A stretch of 64,000 bases of DNA. Source: an uncultured virus (IMG/VR IMGVR_UViG_3300033463_000052) (lineage: Duplodnaviria > Heunggongvirae > Uroviricota > Caudoviricetes). Made by a program: the position numbers and the translations under genes. The notes under the pieces are model-generated. The model did not search any database. It was not told where the DNA came from and saw nothing but the letters and a program-made list of their open reading frames with translations. The stretch lies in IMG/VR virus record IMGVR_UViG_3300033463_000052; one strand, 5' to 3'. The number at the start of each line of letters is the position of its first letter. Positions within the stretch are counted from its first letter, which is position 1. Shown piece after piece: positions 40,516-51,061 of the stretch.

Positions 40516-40606
40516 TATTTATCCTCCTTTAAAGATACAATAAGTTCAAATATTTTATTATCATTCATTTTCTATAGGAATTGGTTTTGTTGGTTTTGGC
40601 AAGTTA

Positions 40607-40927
40607 TCAATGCGCTGTCTTCATCCTACTCGCTGGGATGACGGTGGGAGCGTCATCTATAATTTCGCCTAATAGGTACAAATACTCTTGGCTCGGATGC
40701 ACTCCATAGCACACCCCATCCATATACGCTTCCATGACTTCGTGGTTTATCCGCATCAACAGCGCATCCGCATCCACTAGTCTGCCGTGGTCGGGGACGG
40801 AGATGGCCTTGTATACTTTCCAGCCGCCTGTATAGTCTGTAATGACTTTCCCGTCACCGTGTACGCAGAAGTGGATGTACTTCCCTTCCTCTGGCATCGG
40901 TGCATTAATATAGATTCCTCCGCTCAT
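40607..40927 (-). CDS. GC-rich hypothetical phage protein
   Basis: VPDHGRLVDADAL...IDDAPTVIPA; GC far above flanks. Confidence 0.65.
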   Translation of the reverse strand: MSGGIYINAPMPEEGKYIHFCVHGDGKVITDYTGGWKVYKAISVPDHGRLVDADALLMRINHEVMEAYMDGVCYGVHPSQEYLYLLGEIIDDAPTVIPASRMKTAH

Positions 40928-41277
40928 TTTTCGCCCTCCTTTTCTGTTTCATAACAAGAAGCTATCTTTACCCACATCTTTTCATCTGCCATGTATATGT
41001 AAACATCTTTCGTATCATCCTCTTTAATGCACGTTCCATTCGGGACATTAAGTGGCTTAATATCTGTGCTAAGATATTTCTTCGGTATCTCCATACCGAG
41101 AATCAGTATGTACCCCATGTCAGCTGTCGCTTCACGGAAATAAATACGGCTATGCCACCGCCCCCGTACCACAGGGGCAACATCTGGAATATAATTATTA
41201 GTCATTAAAAATCCTCTTATTCTATTTTTATTTGTTATTCTGAATAAGTGGTGGTTGTTCCATTTCCACAAGTCCAT
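40924..41277 (-). CDS. possibly chimeric hypothetical protein (start uncertain)
   Basis: DVAPVVRGRW segment plus LSTDIKP...NG...DT domain. Confidence 0.4.
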   Translation of the reverse strand: MDLWKWNNHHLFRITNKNRIRGFLMTNNYIPDVAPVVRGRWHSRIYFREATADMGYILILGMEIPKKYLSTDIKPLNVPNGTCIKEDDTKDVYIYMADEKMWVKIASCYETEKEGEK

Positions 41278-41747
41278 GTGATTTTAGGTGTATTATGTGT
41301 ATAAAGTGGACACATACTATTTGTTTTAGTGCAAATTCCGCATGGTAAAAGATACCAACAATTTGTGCTACCATAATAAATTTGATTAAGTTTTAAATTT
41401 TCTCCTGTATAATAATTATCCATTTTTATTCTTCTTTCTATGATAATTTTCTATTTCCATTATTGCTCTTTCAAGACCTATCCTAACACCATCTTCAAAA
41501 CGGTCATTTAAATCTAATTCTAAAAACTCTATTACTTCTTCAAGTCGTTTAATAATTTTCTTTTTATTCATTGTTTATTTCTATACATACTCCCCATTTT
41601 CTTGGAAATAACAAAAAATTTTCACTTGATTCATAATGATATTCATTTTCATTTCTAATAGGATAATCAATTACCACTTTACCATTTAAATTAGGGCAAT
41701 TTAAAAGTTTATTAATCAATTCTTTTACTGCCATATTTATTTTCCCT

Positions 41748-42035
41748 TTATTTTAATTCTTCATCTTTGATTAAAAATTCTTTGTCAACTAAACAATAAT
41801 AAATATCATATCCTTTATGTTTCATATCAATTTCTATAGGGATATTATGATATTGCAACATATCATTTTTATAAATAATTCTTTCTTTTGCAATATAACT
41901 ATATAAATAAAATGACATATATATTTTTACAGGGTCTTTATGATGTAATTCATAATAATAATCTAAATCATAATTTAAACTATTATAAGTTTCTTTTAAA
42001 ACATCATTAACTGTCATATTATTTAAATTCTCCAA
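41748..42035 (-). CDS. hypothetical protein
   Basis: 95 aa coupled ORF. Confidence 0.55.
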   Translation of the reverse strand: MENLNNMTVNDVLKETYNSLNYDLDYYYELHHKDPVKIYMSFYLYSYIAKERIIYKNDMLQYHNIPIEIDMKHKGYDIYYCLVDKEFLIKDEELK

Positions 42036-42300
42036 TTATATCAGAAACTTCATATGTCTTTTCTTCTGTTTCTTCTTTTTCTACAGTATGAACAATAGTC
42101 CCTGTATAAGAATTATTTTTCGTTGTATCAATTCTAAGCCATGTATCAAAATCTATAATTCCCCTTAAAAATCCATATCCACTAAGAATACTGATAATTA
42201 TAATATAAGCAATTGGCATAGCTTTATAAGAAAAATATAAAAGAATACTAAACATAATAGAAAAAATTGTAACAATAGTAAGAGATTTATTTTTATTCAT
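42019..42300 (-). CDS. membrane protein
   Basis: Two hydrophobic segments; likely start MNKNK. Confidence 0.55.
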   Translation of the reverse strand: MNKNKSLTIVTIFSIMFSILLYFSYKAMPIAYIIIISILSGYGFLRGIIDFDTWLRIDTTKNNSYTGTIVHTVEKEETEEKTYEVSDIIGEFK

Positions 42301-42425
42301 TTTTTTCTTCCTTTCATTCATCAATTTTAATATTAAAAATTTTACATATCAAAAGTAAGATTATAATATAAATTGAAAGAAAAATAATTTCAATAGAAAT
42401 AATAACTTCTTTAATGATTTCCATT

Positions 42426-42941
42426 TTAACTTTCCTTAAAAAATATTTCTGCCGTTTTATATCTTTCATCTATTGGTGGGATGTTATTTTTGCAATTTTT
42501 ACAAGGCTCTACATTTAAAGCCATTCCAGATTCATCCCAATTATTATCATCATCTGATAAATAATAAAAATAACAGTTCCCACAATCAAATTCTGGTTCT
42601 TTAAGGTCATAATCAAAATCAGCATTTTCTTTGTGTGTAAGATTTTCGTTTATTGAAGCCCAAAGAAAGGAAAGATAATTTTGAATATCTTGAATTTTTT
42701 CTAACGCATCGTCTTTATCTTCCCAATCATTTCTAAGAATTTTATCTCTAAGTGCTACAAGATGCTTTGTCATATATCCCCATATACATTCTTGTACAGT
42801 AACACCCATTATTTCTGCCCCAGCATGAAAATTATGAAGAGCATCATCCTCTGGTGCATATTTAGAATTTTTAGTTTTTAAAGTATTAATTCTTATTTCT
42901 TCTAAAGAATCAACTAAATTATTAAATTGTTCATGTGTCAT
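42426..42941 (-). CDS. nucleotide-modification-associated (DUF1599/Nmad1-like) protein
   Basis: L..KN..YA...D.LHNF...KH...EKIQDIQNY. Confidence 0.55.
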   Translation of the reverse strand: MTHEQFNNLVDSLEEIRINTLKTKNSKYAPEDDALHNFHAGAEIMGVTVQECIWGYMTKHLVALRDKILRNDWEDKDDALEKIQDIQNYLSFLWASINENLTHKENADFDYDLKEPEFDCGNCYFYYLSDDDNNWDESGMALNVEPCKNCKNNIPPIDERYKTAEIFFKES

Positions 42942-43124
42942 ATTATTTATATCCCCTTTATTTTTTCTAAATTATAACATATTTATTATTTTTTGTCAAT
43001 AGTGATTTTAAAACCACTATTTATATATAATATTATATTATATATAGATATTATAACATATATAATATAAAATGTCAATAATTATTTTATATATTATACT
43101 TTGTTAAAAATGCACAAAAAATAG

Positions 43125-43153
43125 TTGACAAATTTGGCAATTTGTGATATAAT
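43125..43153 (+). promoter_or_regulatory. sigmaA promoter for phage RNA polymerase operon
   Basis: TTGACA-N17-TATAAT with extended -10 TG. Confidence 0.85.
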
Positions 43154-43182
43154 AGTGACAGTTCCAAGAAGGGGGGTTGGCT

Positions 43183-43308
43183 ATGTGTTCTTGGGGAAAG
43201 GAGGATGGGATATTATCAATGTCTGATAAATTAGAAGTAACACCAGAAGAAATTGATTATTCTTTGGACTACTTTAATATAGATGATAGTTATGGGGAAG
43301 ATGATTAA
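43183..43308 (+). CDS. small acidic peptide coupled to RNAP gene (alternative start 43219)
   Basis: ...MSDKLEVTPEEIDYSLDYFNIDDSYGEDD*; TAATG overlap with RNAP start. Confidence 0.5.
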   Translation: MCSWGKEDGILSMSDKLEVTPEEIDYSLDYFNIDDSYGEDD

Positions 43309-45884
43309 TGGCACTTAATAAACAGATATATTTATATTCTGTTGCTACTGATTCATTTTATGATGAAGAAGAAAATAAGATACATAAAGAATTATTAAAA
43401 TTATATAAAATACGAAAAAATTTAAAAGATAAAAAAAATAAAGAAAAAACAGAAAAGCTTGGCATACAGAATGATTGGGATTTTTGGATTAAGTCTATAA
43501 ATAAAATAATTTCTGATGATAAAGATAAATTAAATATTTTATTAAATAATAGATTAAATAATAATAAACCAAGAAAACTTAATCCAGATTCAATTAAGGA
43601 TAAAAATATTATAACATTATTTGAAAGTTCATTAACAAGGGCATTAGGATTAAAAATAAATGAACTTACTGATGAACTAATAGTTTTAAATGTTTTTTTC
43701 TTTCAAGTATTTCATAACCTTGTTAGGGATGGTTTTATTTATAAAAACGAAAAATATATTTTCTTAACTGCTTCTGCTGGGCAGATTAGAACAAAAAGGG
43801 CTGTTTTTATAAAAGAAAAATCTTTTAAGAAGATAGAACCAACAATTATGTGTGGATTGACAAGGGATGAAATAAATAATAAGGGTGGAATAAACCCTAA
43901 CAAATTTTTAGCGTATTTAGCTTTATGTAACTCTGCTACTGATATATGGGAAGATTTTGATATAGACCGTTCTATAATTGTTGAAGATTTTGAAACAGAT
44001 GTTATTGGCGAAGTTGATTTTATAAATGAGTATGATTATTCTATAAAAAGGGATAAAATTCCTGTAAAAATACCACATATGGATGGTTGTGGTATTATGC
44101 TTGAAGACACCACACGAATGATAAGATTACCTTGGATAAAAGGTTTATTGGTTACTTTTCCTTTTGATAAATTTATAAATGAAAAATGTAATGGTCAAGC
44201 AATTATTTATGATATATATGGGAAAGAACATAATATTTTAAAAGAAAACATAAAATATATTTTTACAAAATCTCAATTTAAACTTTATAAATATTATTCT
44301 TCATGGGAAGAATATAAAGAAAATTTTAAAAAATATAATTGTGAAGCTTGTTATTGTAATATAGAAGAAGATTTTATTCCAAAAGCTAAAATAAATTATC
44401 AAATGCTTCAAACTTTAAGTGATATTAAAGATGAAGAAATAGAAAGGTTAATTAAAAGAACAAGGGAAGATATAGAAAAAATTGGTAACGATTATCAAGT
44501 AACAATGAGAATTTTAGGTGCTACTGAATATAATAAAACACCTAACTATTTTCAAGAAGCTTTAATGATTTATCCAGAACTTTTTAAAGATACTTATCAT
44601 AGGGAAATTTTAAAGCAAACAAAAAAATCTTTAGTTAAACAAGCCAAAGGCGGTAGATTGTCTGTTAATGGGCGTTATCAATTTTTAAGTCCAGACTTAT
44701 ATGCTTTTTGTGAATGGTTGTTTTTAAATGATGATTCCCCAAAAGGGTTATTGGAAGACGGAGAAGTATATAGTTCTTTAAATAAAAATGGTGTTGATTT
44801 AGCCTGTCTTAGAAGCCCACATTTATATAGGGAGTGGGCAATAAGAAAAAATAAAAAGAATGAAGAATTAAACAAGTGGTTTGGCAATACTAAATGTTTA
44901 TATACTTCTTGCCATGATTTAATTTCAAGAATATTGCAGTTTGATGTAGATGGGGATAAAAGTCTGGTTATACAAGATAGAACTTTAACCGCTATTGCAA
45001 AAAGAAATATGGTAGGGATTGTTCCACTTGCTTATAATTTAAGAAAAGCAATGGGTGGTCAGTTAACATATGAAAATTTGTATGAGGGAATGATTCATGC
45101 TTATACTGGTGGAAATATAGGCCCAATTTCTAATAATATTACAAAAGTTTGGAACAGTTCTAATAAAATAACAGAAGAACAGTTAAATGTTGTAAAATGG
45201 TTATGTATGGAAAATAATCAAGTGATTGATTATGCAAAAACCCTTTGGAAAAGTAAAAGACCAAAAGAAATAGATAAGACGATAAAATCTTATACAAAAG
45301 CCCAAGTTCCGCAATTCTTTATTTATGCTAAAGATAAAGAAAGCAGTAGTGTTGAAAATCCTAATAATTCAACAATGAATAGGATTTCCGCTATGATACC
45401 AAACAATAAAATAAAGTATAGCAAAAAAATTGGAAAATTTGATTATCAAATGTTGATGAATAAAAATTCAGATTTCACAATTAAAAGAACTCCAATAATT
45501 GATTGTTATGATTATTGGCAAAGACATTGGAAGTCTATAGCAAATTTAGAAGACAATCATGTTGACCAAGACGATTTATGGGCTTTTAAAAAAATTAGGG
45601 AAGAATTATTACAATTTGGCGACAAAGATTATATAATAAATACATTGATTTCCTATTCTTATACTGTTAAAAAGACAAGTACAAAGAAATTATTATGGTC
45701 TTGCTTTGGCAAAGAAATTGTTGAAAATTTAAAAGAAAATACAAAAGACTTAGGAAGAATTTGTAAGATTTGTGGGAAAAGATTTATTCCTTTCCATTCT
45801 GGCGATTTTGATTTATATTGTTCTACTGATTGTTATGCTGTTGGTAAGAAACAATATGATAGAGAATATAGACAAAAGTCGTGA
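43308..45884 (+). CDS. YonO-like single-subunit (RdRP-fold) DNA-dependent RNA polymerase
   Basis: ASAGQIR, DGCG, RLPWIKG, LRSPH, catalytic FDVDGD; 858 aa; precedes late genes as in SPbeta. Confidence 0.88.
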   Translation: MALNKQIYLYSVATDSFYDEEENKIHKELLKLYKIRKNLKDKKNKEKTEKLGIQNDWDFWIKSINKIISDDKDKLNILLNNRLNNNKPRKLNPDSIKDKNIITLFESSLTRALGLKINELTDELIVLNVFFFQVFHNLVRDGFIYKNEKYIFLTASAGQIRTKRAVFIKEKSFKKIEPTIMCGLTRDEINNKGGINPNKFLAYLALCNSATDIWEDFDIDRSIIVEDFETDVIGEVDFINEYDYSIKRDKIPVKIPHMDGCGIMLEDTTRMIRLPWIKGLLVTFPFDKFINEKCNGQAIIYDIYGKEHNILKENIKYIFTKSQFKLYKYYSSWEEYKENFKKYNCEACYCNIEEDFIPKAKINYQMLQTLSDIKDEEIERLIKRTREDIEKIGNDYQVTMRILGATEYNKTPNYFQEALMIYPELFKDTYHREILKQTKKSLVKQAKGGRLSVNGRYQFLSPDLYAFCEWLFLNDDSPKGLLEDGEVYSSLNKNGVDLACLRSPHLYREWAIRKNKKNEELNKWFGNTKCLYTSCHDLISRILQFDVDGDKSLVIQDRTLTAIAKRNMVGIVPLAYNLRKAMGGQLTYENLYEGMIHAYTGGNIGPISNNITKVWNSSNKITEEQLNVVKWLCMENNQVIDYAKTLWKSKRPKEIDKTIKSYTKAQVPQFFIYAKDKESSSVENPNNSTMNRISAMIPNNKIKYSKKIGKFDYQMLMNKNSDFTIKRTPIIDCYDYWQRHWKSIANLEDNHVDQDDLWAFKKIREELLQFGDKDYIINTLISYSYTVKKTSTKKLLWSCFGKEIVENLKENTKDLGRICKICGKRFIPFHSGDFDLYCSTDCYAVGKKQYDREYRQKS

Positions 45885-46026
45885 AATAAAAAAGCCAGAA
45901 GCCCTTGATTTTATTGATAAAATTTAATTTATTATTTTTTATGTAAATCTGTATTAGGGAAATTAACATAATTTTGATAAATTTATTTTATCAAAATAAA
46001 AAAAAAAAAAAAATAAGAAAGGGTAT

Positions 46027-46356
46027 ATGAAGATGGAAGTTGTTAAATGGATGAATATTATTATACAAATTCTTTCTGGTGTAGCCGCTTGTATTCCTCT
46101 GATGCTTAAATTAATTTCTGTTGTTAAAGAATTACTTAGACAAAAAAGATGGAATGAAATGGTCATTCATACTTTTGACTTAATGGCAGATGCAGAACAA
46201 AAGTTTGAGCGTGGTGCTGAAAGAAAAGAATATGTTATGGACGCTTTAAAGATTATAGCCCAAAAGATTAATTTTGACTATGATGAAGAAGCAGAGCGTA
46301 AGATTTCTGAAATGATTGACGCTGTTTGTGGTCTTTCTAAGGAAATTAATAAGTAA
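46027..46356 (+). CDS. putative holin
   Basis: N-terminal TM, AEQ..GAERKEYV...IDAV; precedes endolysin. Confidence 0.7.
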   Translation: MKMEVVKWMNIIIQILSGVAACIPLMLKLISVVKELLRQKRWNEMVIHTFDLMADAEQKFERGAERKEYVMDALKIIAQKINFDYDEEAERKISEMIDAVCGLSKEINK

Positions 46357-46426
46357 AAATATTTTAATATAAAATATGGGGGAAATTGTTCCCCCATATT
46401 TTATATAGAACGGAAGTGAAAATAGG

Positions 46427-47491
46427 TTGACTAAAAATGAAGCAATTAATGTTATTTTAAATATTGCAAGGCTTGAATTGGATTACCATGAAAAAGCATC
46501 TAATAGTAATTTAGATGATAAATATTTAAATGCTGGTTCTGGTAATTATACTAAGTATGCAAGGGATTTAGATGCTGTCGGAAATTTTTATAATGGTAAG
46601 AAACAAGGATTTGCATATTGTGATGTTACTTATGACTGGTTTCACTATAAAGCGTGGGGTGCAGAAATGGCTATGAAAGTTCTGTGCCAACCAGAATATA
46701 GTGCTGGTGCTGGTTGCTTATTTTCTGCACAATATTATAAACAATATGGAAGATGGCATGAAAAAAATCCTGCGGCTGGTGACCAAATTTTCTTTTCTTA
46801 TAATTTAAATGAATATAGTCATACTGGCTTAGTTGAATCTGTGACTTCCACTACTATTGTGACGATAGAGGGCAATACTTCGGATAGAGTTGCCAGACGA
46901 AGCTATAGTATAAATGATTCACATATTATCGGTTTTGGAACTCCAAGATGGGAATTATTAGAAAATTTTGATTATAATAATATTCCTAAAGATAGTACAT
47001 CATATCAAGACGATATTAAGAAAGAATATAAATATAAGGAAAGAAATTTATTTAATGGTTGTATTGGGGAAGATGTTAAAATCCTTCAAGAAAATTTATT
47101 GAAATTAAATTATAAGTTACCAAGATATGGTGCCGATGGTGAATTTGGTTCTGAAACATTAGCCGCTGTTAAAAGTTTCCAAAAGGATAATGGGTTAGAA
47201 GTTAATGGAATAGTATCCAGTCAATTTTATGATTTAATTGATAAAAATTTATTAAATAAAAAAGATGAAATAAATGAATTTAAAATAGGGGATATTGTTT
47301 ATTATAAAGGTGGAATACACTATACAAATGCTTATTCTAATTACCCTATATCTTGTAAAAATGGGAAAGCAAGGATAACTGATATTTATTTATTAGGAAG
47401 GTCTAAGCACCCATATCATTTAATAGCACTTGTTGGAAGTGGCTCAAATGTGTATGGTTGGGTAGATGAGGGAAGTTTTATAAAGGAATAA
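46427..47491 (+). CDS. endolysin: CHAP domain, PG-binding domain, C-terminal SH3-like domain
   Basis: NYTKY, AYCD, HTGLV, TIEGNT; GEDVK.LQ..L...YGADGEFG.ET..AVK.FQ; GWVD. Confidence 0.88.
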   Translation: MTKNEAINVILNIARLELDYHEKASNSNLDDKYLNAGSGNYTKYARDLDAVGNFYNGKKQGFAYCDVTYDWFHYKAWGAEMAMKVLCQPEYSAGAGCLFSAQYYKQYGRWHEKNPAAGDQIFFSYNLNEYSHTGLVESVTSTTIVTIEGNTSDRVARRSYSINDSHIIGFGTPRWELLENFDYNNIPKDSTSYQDDIKKEYKYKERNLFNGCIGEDVKILQENLLKLNYKLPRYGADGEFGSETLAAVKSFQKDNGLEVNGIVSSQFYDLIDKNLLNKKDEINEFKIGDIVYYKGGIHYTNAYSNYPISCKNGKARITDIYLLGRSKHPYHLIALVGSGSNVYGWVDEGSFIKE

Positions 47492-47495
47492 TTAA

Positions 47496-48695
47496 ATGAT
47501 AAAAAAAGAAAAAGAAAACTACTTAGAATTTGCAGAAAGAATTACACAAGCACTTTCTTGCGGTTCAATTAGTTATAAAGAGTGGGCTGAATCTTTAATT
47601 GGCGAACAGATATATTCTGAAGAAACATTAAGAAGATGTAGCATATTTTTTGATAGTTTTTTAAATAAGTTAAAAAAGGAAGAATTTTCTTTAAAAGATT
47701 ATAATTTTATAAAAAGTTATACTAATTTAAAAGAAGAAATAGAGTTACAAAGAAATAAATTAAAACAAGAAAAAATAGAATTAAATGAATCGAATAGATG
47801 GAAAGCAAGAAATGAATTGTTTCAAGAAAGAATCATTGAAGCAATAAATAACTTGCCCTCTTTTTCTAAAGAAAATTTATTCATTTTTAAAAATGAAAAA
47901 ATAGATACAAGTGCGCTTTTATGTTTGTCAGATTTTCATGCTGGCAGTACATATGAAATTAAAGGTTTATATAATGAAATAGTAAATAAATATGATTTTG
48001 AAATAATGCAAGCAAGAATGTGGTCTATCATAAGAAAAATAGAAAATGAAGATATTTTATATGATGATATGACTGTTGCAATTCTTGGCGATTGCTTTGA
48101 AAATATATTAAGACTTTCTTCTTTGGCAAAATTAAAAGAACCAGTTGTAGATACTGTTATTAAATTTTCAGAATTTTTATCAACTTGGTTTGTGGAATTA
48201 TATAAAACTATAAGTGTTCCAATTAATGTAGTTATAGTTGGTGGCAATCACGATATTAACAGACCTTTAAATAATAAACCACAATTAGAGGATGAAAATT
48301 TAACAAAGATAGTTGTTGAATTTTTAAAATTAAGATTAAAAGATTTTGATGACATAAAAGTAGATGATTATACAGATGTTGCCTTAAAGAATATAAAAGG
48401 AACTAATGTGCTTTTTCAACATGGCGAAGATAAAGATATAGAAAATACAATGAATTATTTTGAAAATTTATATAATGTTTCTGTAGATGAAATTATATGT
48501 GGTCATTTACATAGACCAGAAAGCAAATCTGTTGGAATAACAGAAGTTGGAGATAGAACTATTTTAAGAGTTGGTTCTATTTGTGGTATAGACCCTTATG
48601 CAAAAAAGGTAAGATGTGCCGCAAGACCTTCCTGTTATTTTGCTTTATATGACCAAGATAATGGAAAAACTTGGTCAAGAAATTTTTATTTATAA
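47496..48695 (+). CDS. calcineurin-like metallophosphoesterase
   Basis: SDFH, LGD, GNHD, HG, GHLH motifs. Confidence 0.85.
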   Translation: MIKKEKENYLEFAERITQALSCGSISYKEWAESLIGEQIYSEETLRRCSIFFDSFLNKLKKEEFSLKDYNFIKSYTNLKEEIELQRNKLKQEKIELNESNRWKARNELFQERIIEAINNLPSFSKENLFIFKNEKIDTSALLCLSDFHAGSTYEIKGLYNEIVNKYDFEIMQARMWSIIRKIENEDILYDDMTVAILGDCFENILRLSSLAKLKEPVVDTVIKFSEFLSTWFVELYKTISVPINVVIVGGNHDINRPLNNKPQLEDENLTKIVVEFLKLRLKDFDDIKVDDYTDVALKNIKGTNVLFQHGEDKDIENTMNYFENLYNVSVDEIICGHLHRPESKSVGITEVGDRTILRVGSICGIDPYAKKVRCAARPSCYFALYDQDNGKTWSRNFYL

Positions 48696-48718
48696 ATTAA
48701 AAAAATATAGACAGGAGG

Positions 48719-48904
48719 ATGGTAATGTTTACTTTATATAGACCAGCAAATTATGATAATCCAAGAGCATCTTCCTTTGTTGGATTAAGTACAGATACAA
48801 AACCTATAGATGAAAAGAATGGTGCTTCATTTGAAGAAATAGATACTGGAAAAGTTTATAGATTTGATGAAGAAAATAAAAAATGGTATGAGGGTGTGAT
48901 GTGA
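48719..48904 (+). CDS. small protein with LSTDxKP domain
   Basis: GLSTDTKP...NG..FEEIDTGKVYRFD...W. Confidence 0.65.
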   Translation: MVMFTLYRPANYDNPRASSFVGLSTDTKPIDEKNGASFEEIDTGKVYRFDEENKKWYEGVM

Positions 48905-48908
48905 TAAT

Positions 48909-49949
48909 ATGATTAAACAAATAAGAGCCGCATTTTATCACAATAAAAAAAATGCACAATATTGTTGTTTAAGTGAAGATATAGAAAATGCAATCCCCGA
49001 TTGTTTAAAAAATGGGGATGAAGTTTATTTTATAGATACTGGTAAGAAATATGTTTATGATGCTGTTAGTGGTCAATTATATGAAAAACCATCTGGTGGG
49101 GGTGGCGGGGGAACTTCTGTTTATCCCTATGATAGCGACCCAGAAGCTTTAGGACAAGAAGCCAGTCCCGGCACATCTGATGATTTTTCAAGGGGTGACC
49201 ATGTTCACCCATTCCCTACTGCTTCTGATGTTGGGGCATTACCTTTAACTGGTGGAACAATGTCTGGTGCGATTGCAATGGGTTCATATAAAATAACTGG
49301 TCTTGCAGATGGGGAGAATAATAATGATGCTGTTTCTGTACAACAGATGGCATCTGCTATATCACAAAGCTCTGCTTATTTTAGGGGAAGTTTTGCCAGT
49401 AATGCGGCGTTATTAGCTGTCGCTTGGCAAACAAGTAACCCAAGTGCCTCTTATTATGTTACGAATAATGACTATGCAATCGTATTAGATGATGAAACTC
49501 ATAATGATGAATGTTGGAGATATTTATATGTGTCTGGGACTGGATGGACTGCTCAATATCGAATTAATGAAACGCCATTAACCCAAGCACAAATTAATGC
49601 GCTTAATTCTGGAGCTACAACGCAGAATATTAGTTCTATTGCGAATAAAGCAGACAAATTCGTTGAAGTAACTGTCAATACTTCTGGTGCGGTTACGCAG
49701 GCGCTGGACGCCGGGAAGATCTATCATTTCACCGGTGCTCTGACGGCGCTGACGATCACGCTCAATGCGGCGGCATCCGGGCAGCTCGCACAGTACCACT
49801 TCGACTTTGACAGCGGCGCAACGCCTCCCACGTTTACGCTGCCGAACACGGTTGTAATGCCGACCGGCTTCGCTGTGGCGGCAAACACGCACTATGAGAT
49901 CGACATTCTCAACAACTTCGGGGCGGTGATCGCATGGGCAATCTCTTGA
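48909..49949 (+). CDS. fibre-like virion protein (mosaic AT/GC)
   Basis: SRGDHVHP, LPLTGGTMSGAI.MG..KITGL fibre motifs; GC rises at ~49680. Confidence 0.65.
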   Translation: MIKQIRAAFYHNKKNAQYCCLSEDIENAIPDCLKNGDEVYFIDTGKKYVYDAVSGQLYEKPSGGGGGGTSVYPYDSDPEALGQEASPGTSDDFSRGDHVHPFPTASDVGALPLTGGTMSGAIAMGSYKITGLADGENNNDAVSVQQMASAISQSSAYFRGSFASNAALLAVAWQTSNPSASYYVTNNDYAIVLDDETHNDECWRYLYVSGTGWTAQYRINETPLTQAQINALNSGATTQNISSIANKADKFVEVTVNTSGAVTQALDAGKIYHFTGALTALTITLNAAASGQLAQYHFDFDSGATPPTFTLPNTVVMPTGFAVAANTHYEIDILNNFGAVIAWAIS

Positions 49950-50581
49950 TGCTCCGGCGGCGCGGAATAAAAGCTCGACGTAAAATTCTTCCTGTCGCGT
50001 ACAGAGAGGTAGAGTATCTCGAAAGTTCCGGGACGCAGAAAATTGAGACAGGCTATGTACCTAAACCGACAAATACGCATGAGCTGTCGCTTATTTTCTC
50101 ACCTCTGAGTATTACCGGTATTCGCATATTTTGTTCGTGTCCGGACAAATTCCCAAACGCGGATAACGGACAGCGCTTTCAATTCCCTGCAAACGGGGCG
50201 GGTTTATACTCACAGGCGAATGGTGCGCCCGATTGGTCTGTAATGGATAAATTCGGCGACATGACAATTGGGGCTGTCTATACGCTGTCTCTTAGGCAAA
50301 TGCAAGTATCATGCTTGGGCCAGTCGTTTCCAGTCTCCTTTCTCGCGTCTGGGAACACCTCTCAGCTTGGCATTTTTGGGCAACCGACCAGCGAAGCCAA
50401 CACGCGATTCATCGGGCGAATTTATTACTTCTGTTATAAAATTTCTGGCGTTGAACAGGTCGAGTTAATTCCGTGCTATCGAATAGCCGACGGGAAACCC
50501 GGCATGTACGACACAGCAAGAAGCCTCTTTTTAACAAATAGCGGCAGCGGCGAGTTCGTCTGCGGCCCTGCAATTTACTGA
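49934..50581 (+). CDS. putative receptor-binding / lectin-like domain protein (GC-rich)
   Basis: VEYLESSGTQ.I.TG...GRIYY...LIPCYR..DGKPGMYD. Confidence 0.6.
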   Translation: MGNLLMLRRRGIKARRKILPVAYREVEYLESSGTQKIETGYVPKPTNTHELSLIFSPLSITGIRIFCSCPDKFPNADNGQRFQFPANGAGLYSQANGAPDWSVMDKFGDMTIGAVYTLSLRQMQVSCLGQSFPVSFLASGNTSQLGIFGQPTSEANTRFIGRIYYFCYKISGVEQVELIPCYRIADGKPGMYDTARSLFLTNSGSGEFVCGPAIY

Positions 50582-50586
50582 TAGGG

Positions 50587-50877
50587 GTGACGATAATGTA
50601 CGGAAAAATGATAAACAATGTGCTGCACATTGCACCCAACAAACTGTCCGGTGACGGCGTGACGGTCTACAACCCGCCCGCGGAGATGTATCTGGCGCAG
50701 GGCTGGAAGCCCGTGGACTATACCGATCCTCCCGGTGAGCCGCCGGAGGGATACCGCTACATCAGCGGATGGGAGGAGCAGGCGGACGCCATCATGCAGA
50801 CGTGGACGCTCGCCCCGCTGCCGGAGGACATTGGCGATGAAGAGGCGTTCAATATCATCTTCGGAGGTGCGGAATGA
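50587..50877 (+). CDS. fibre-associated small protein, GC-rich paralog of 52413..52694
   Basis: MYGK.....APNKL.GDGV.VYNPP..MYL.QGWK shared by both. Confidence 0.75.
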   Translation: MTIMYGKMINNVLHIAPNKLSGDGVTVYNPPAEMYLAQGWKPVDYTDPPGEPPEGYRYISGWEEQADAIMQTWTLAPLPEDIGDEEAFNIIFGGAE

Positions 50878-51061
50878 AACGAGAACACGCTTATAAACTG
50901 CGCGAGATGCTGCACAAGGCGGCGGCATCCTCGGCGCGGTCGGCCTGAAGGTCATCCCTGACTTCCCCGTCGCCAACATCATCGACGCCGTTGCAGTGGG
51001 CATCGAGTCCGGGCTGGCTGCTACCGGCGTCAATCAGGTCGGCAAGCAGCTCAGCAAGTAA
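50874..51061 (+). pseudogene. fused fragments: 5' end of a 52691 paralog joined to the 3' half of a holin-like gene
   Basis: MKREHAYKLREMLHK, then in another frame GGILGAVGLKVIPDFP...AVAVGIESGLAATGVNQVGKQL*. Confidence 0.7.

Noticed and set aside
43308..45884. True RNA-dependent RNA polymerase
   Set aside because: DNA phage context and position before late genes fit YonO-type DNA-dependent RNAPs.
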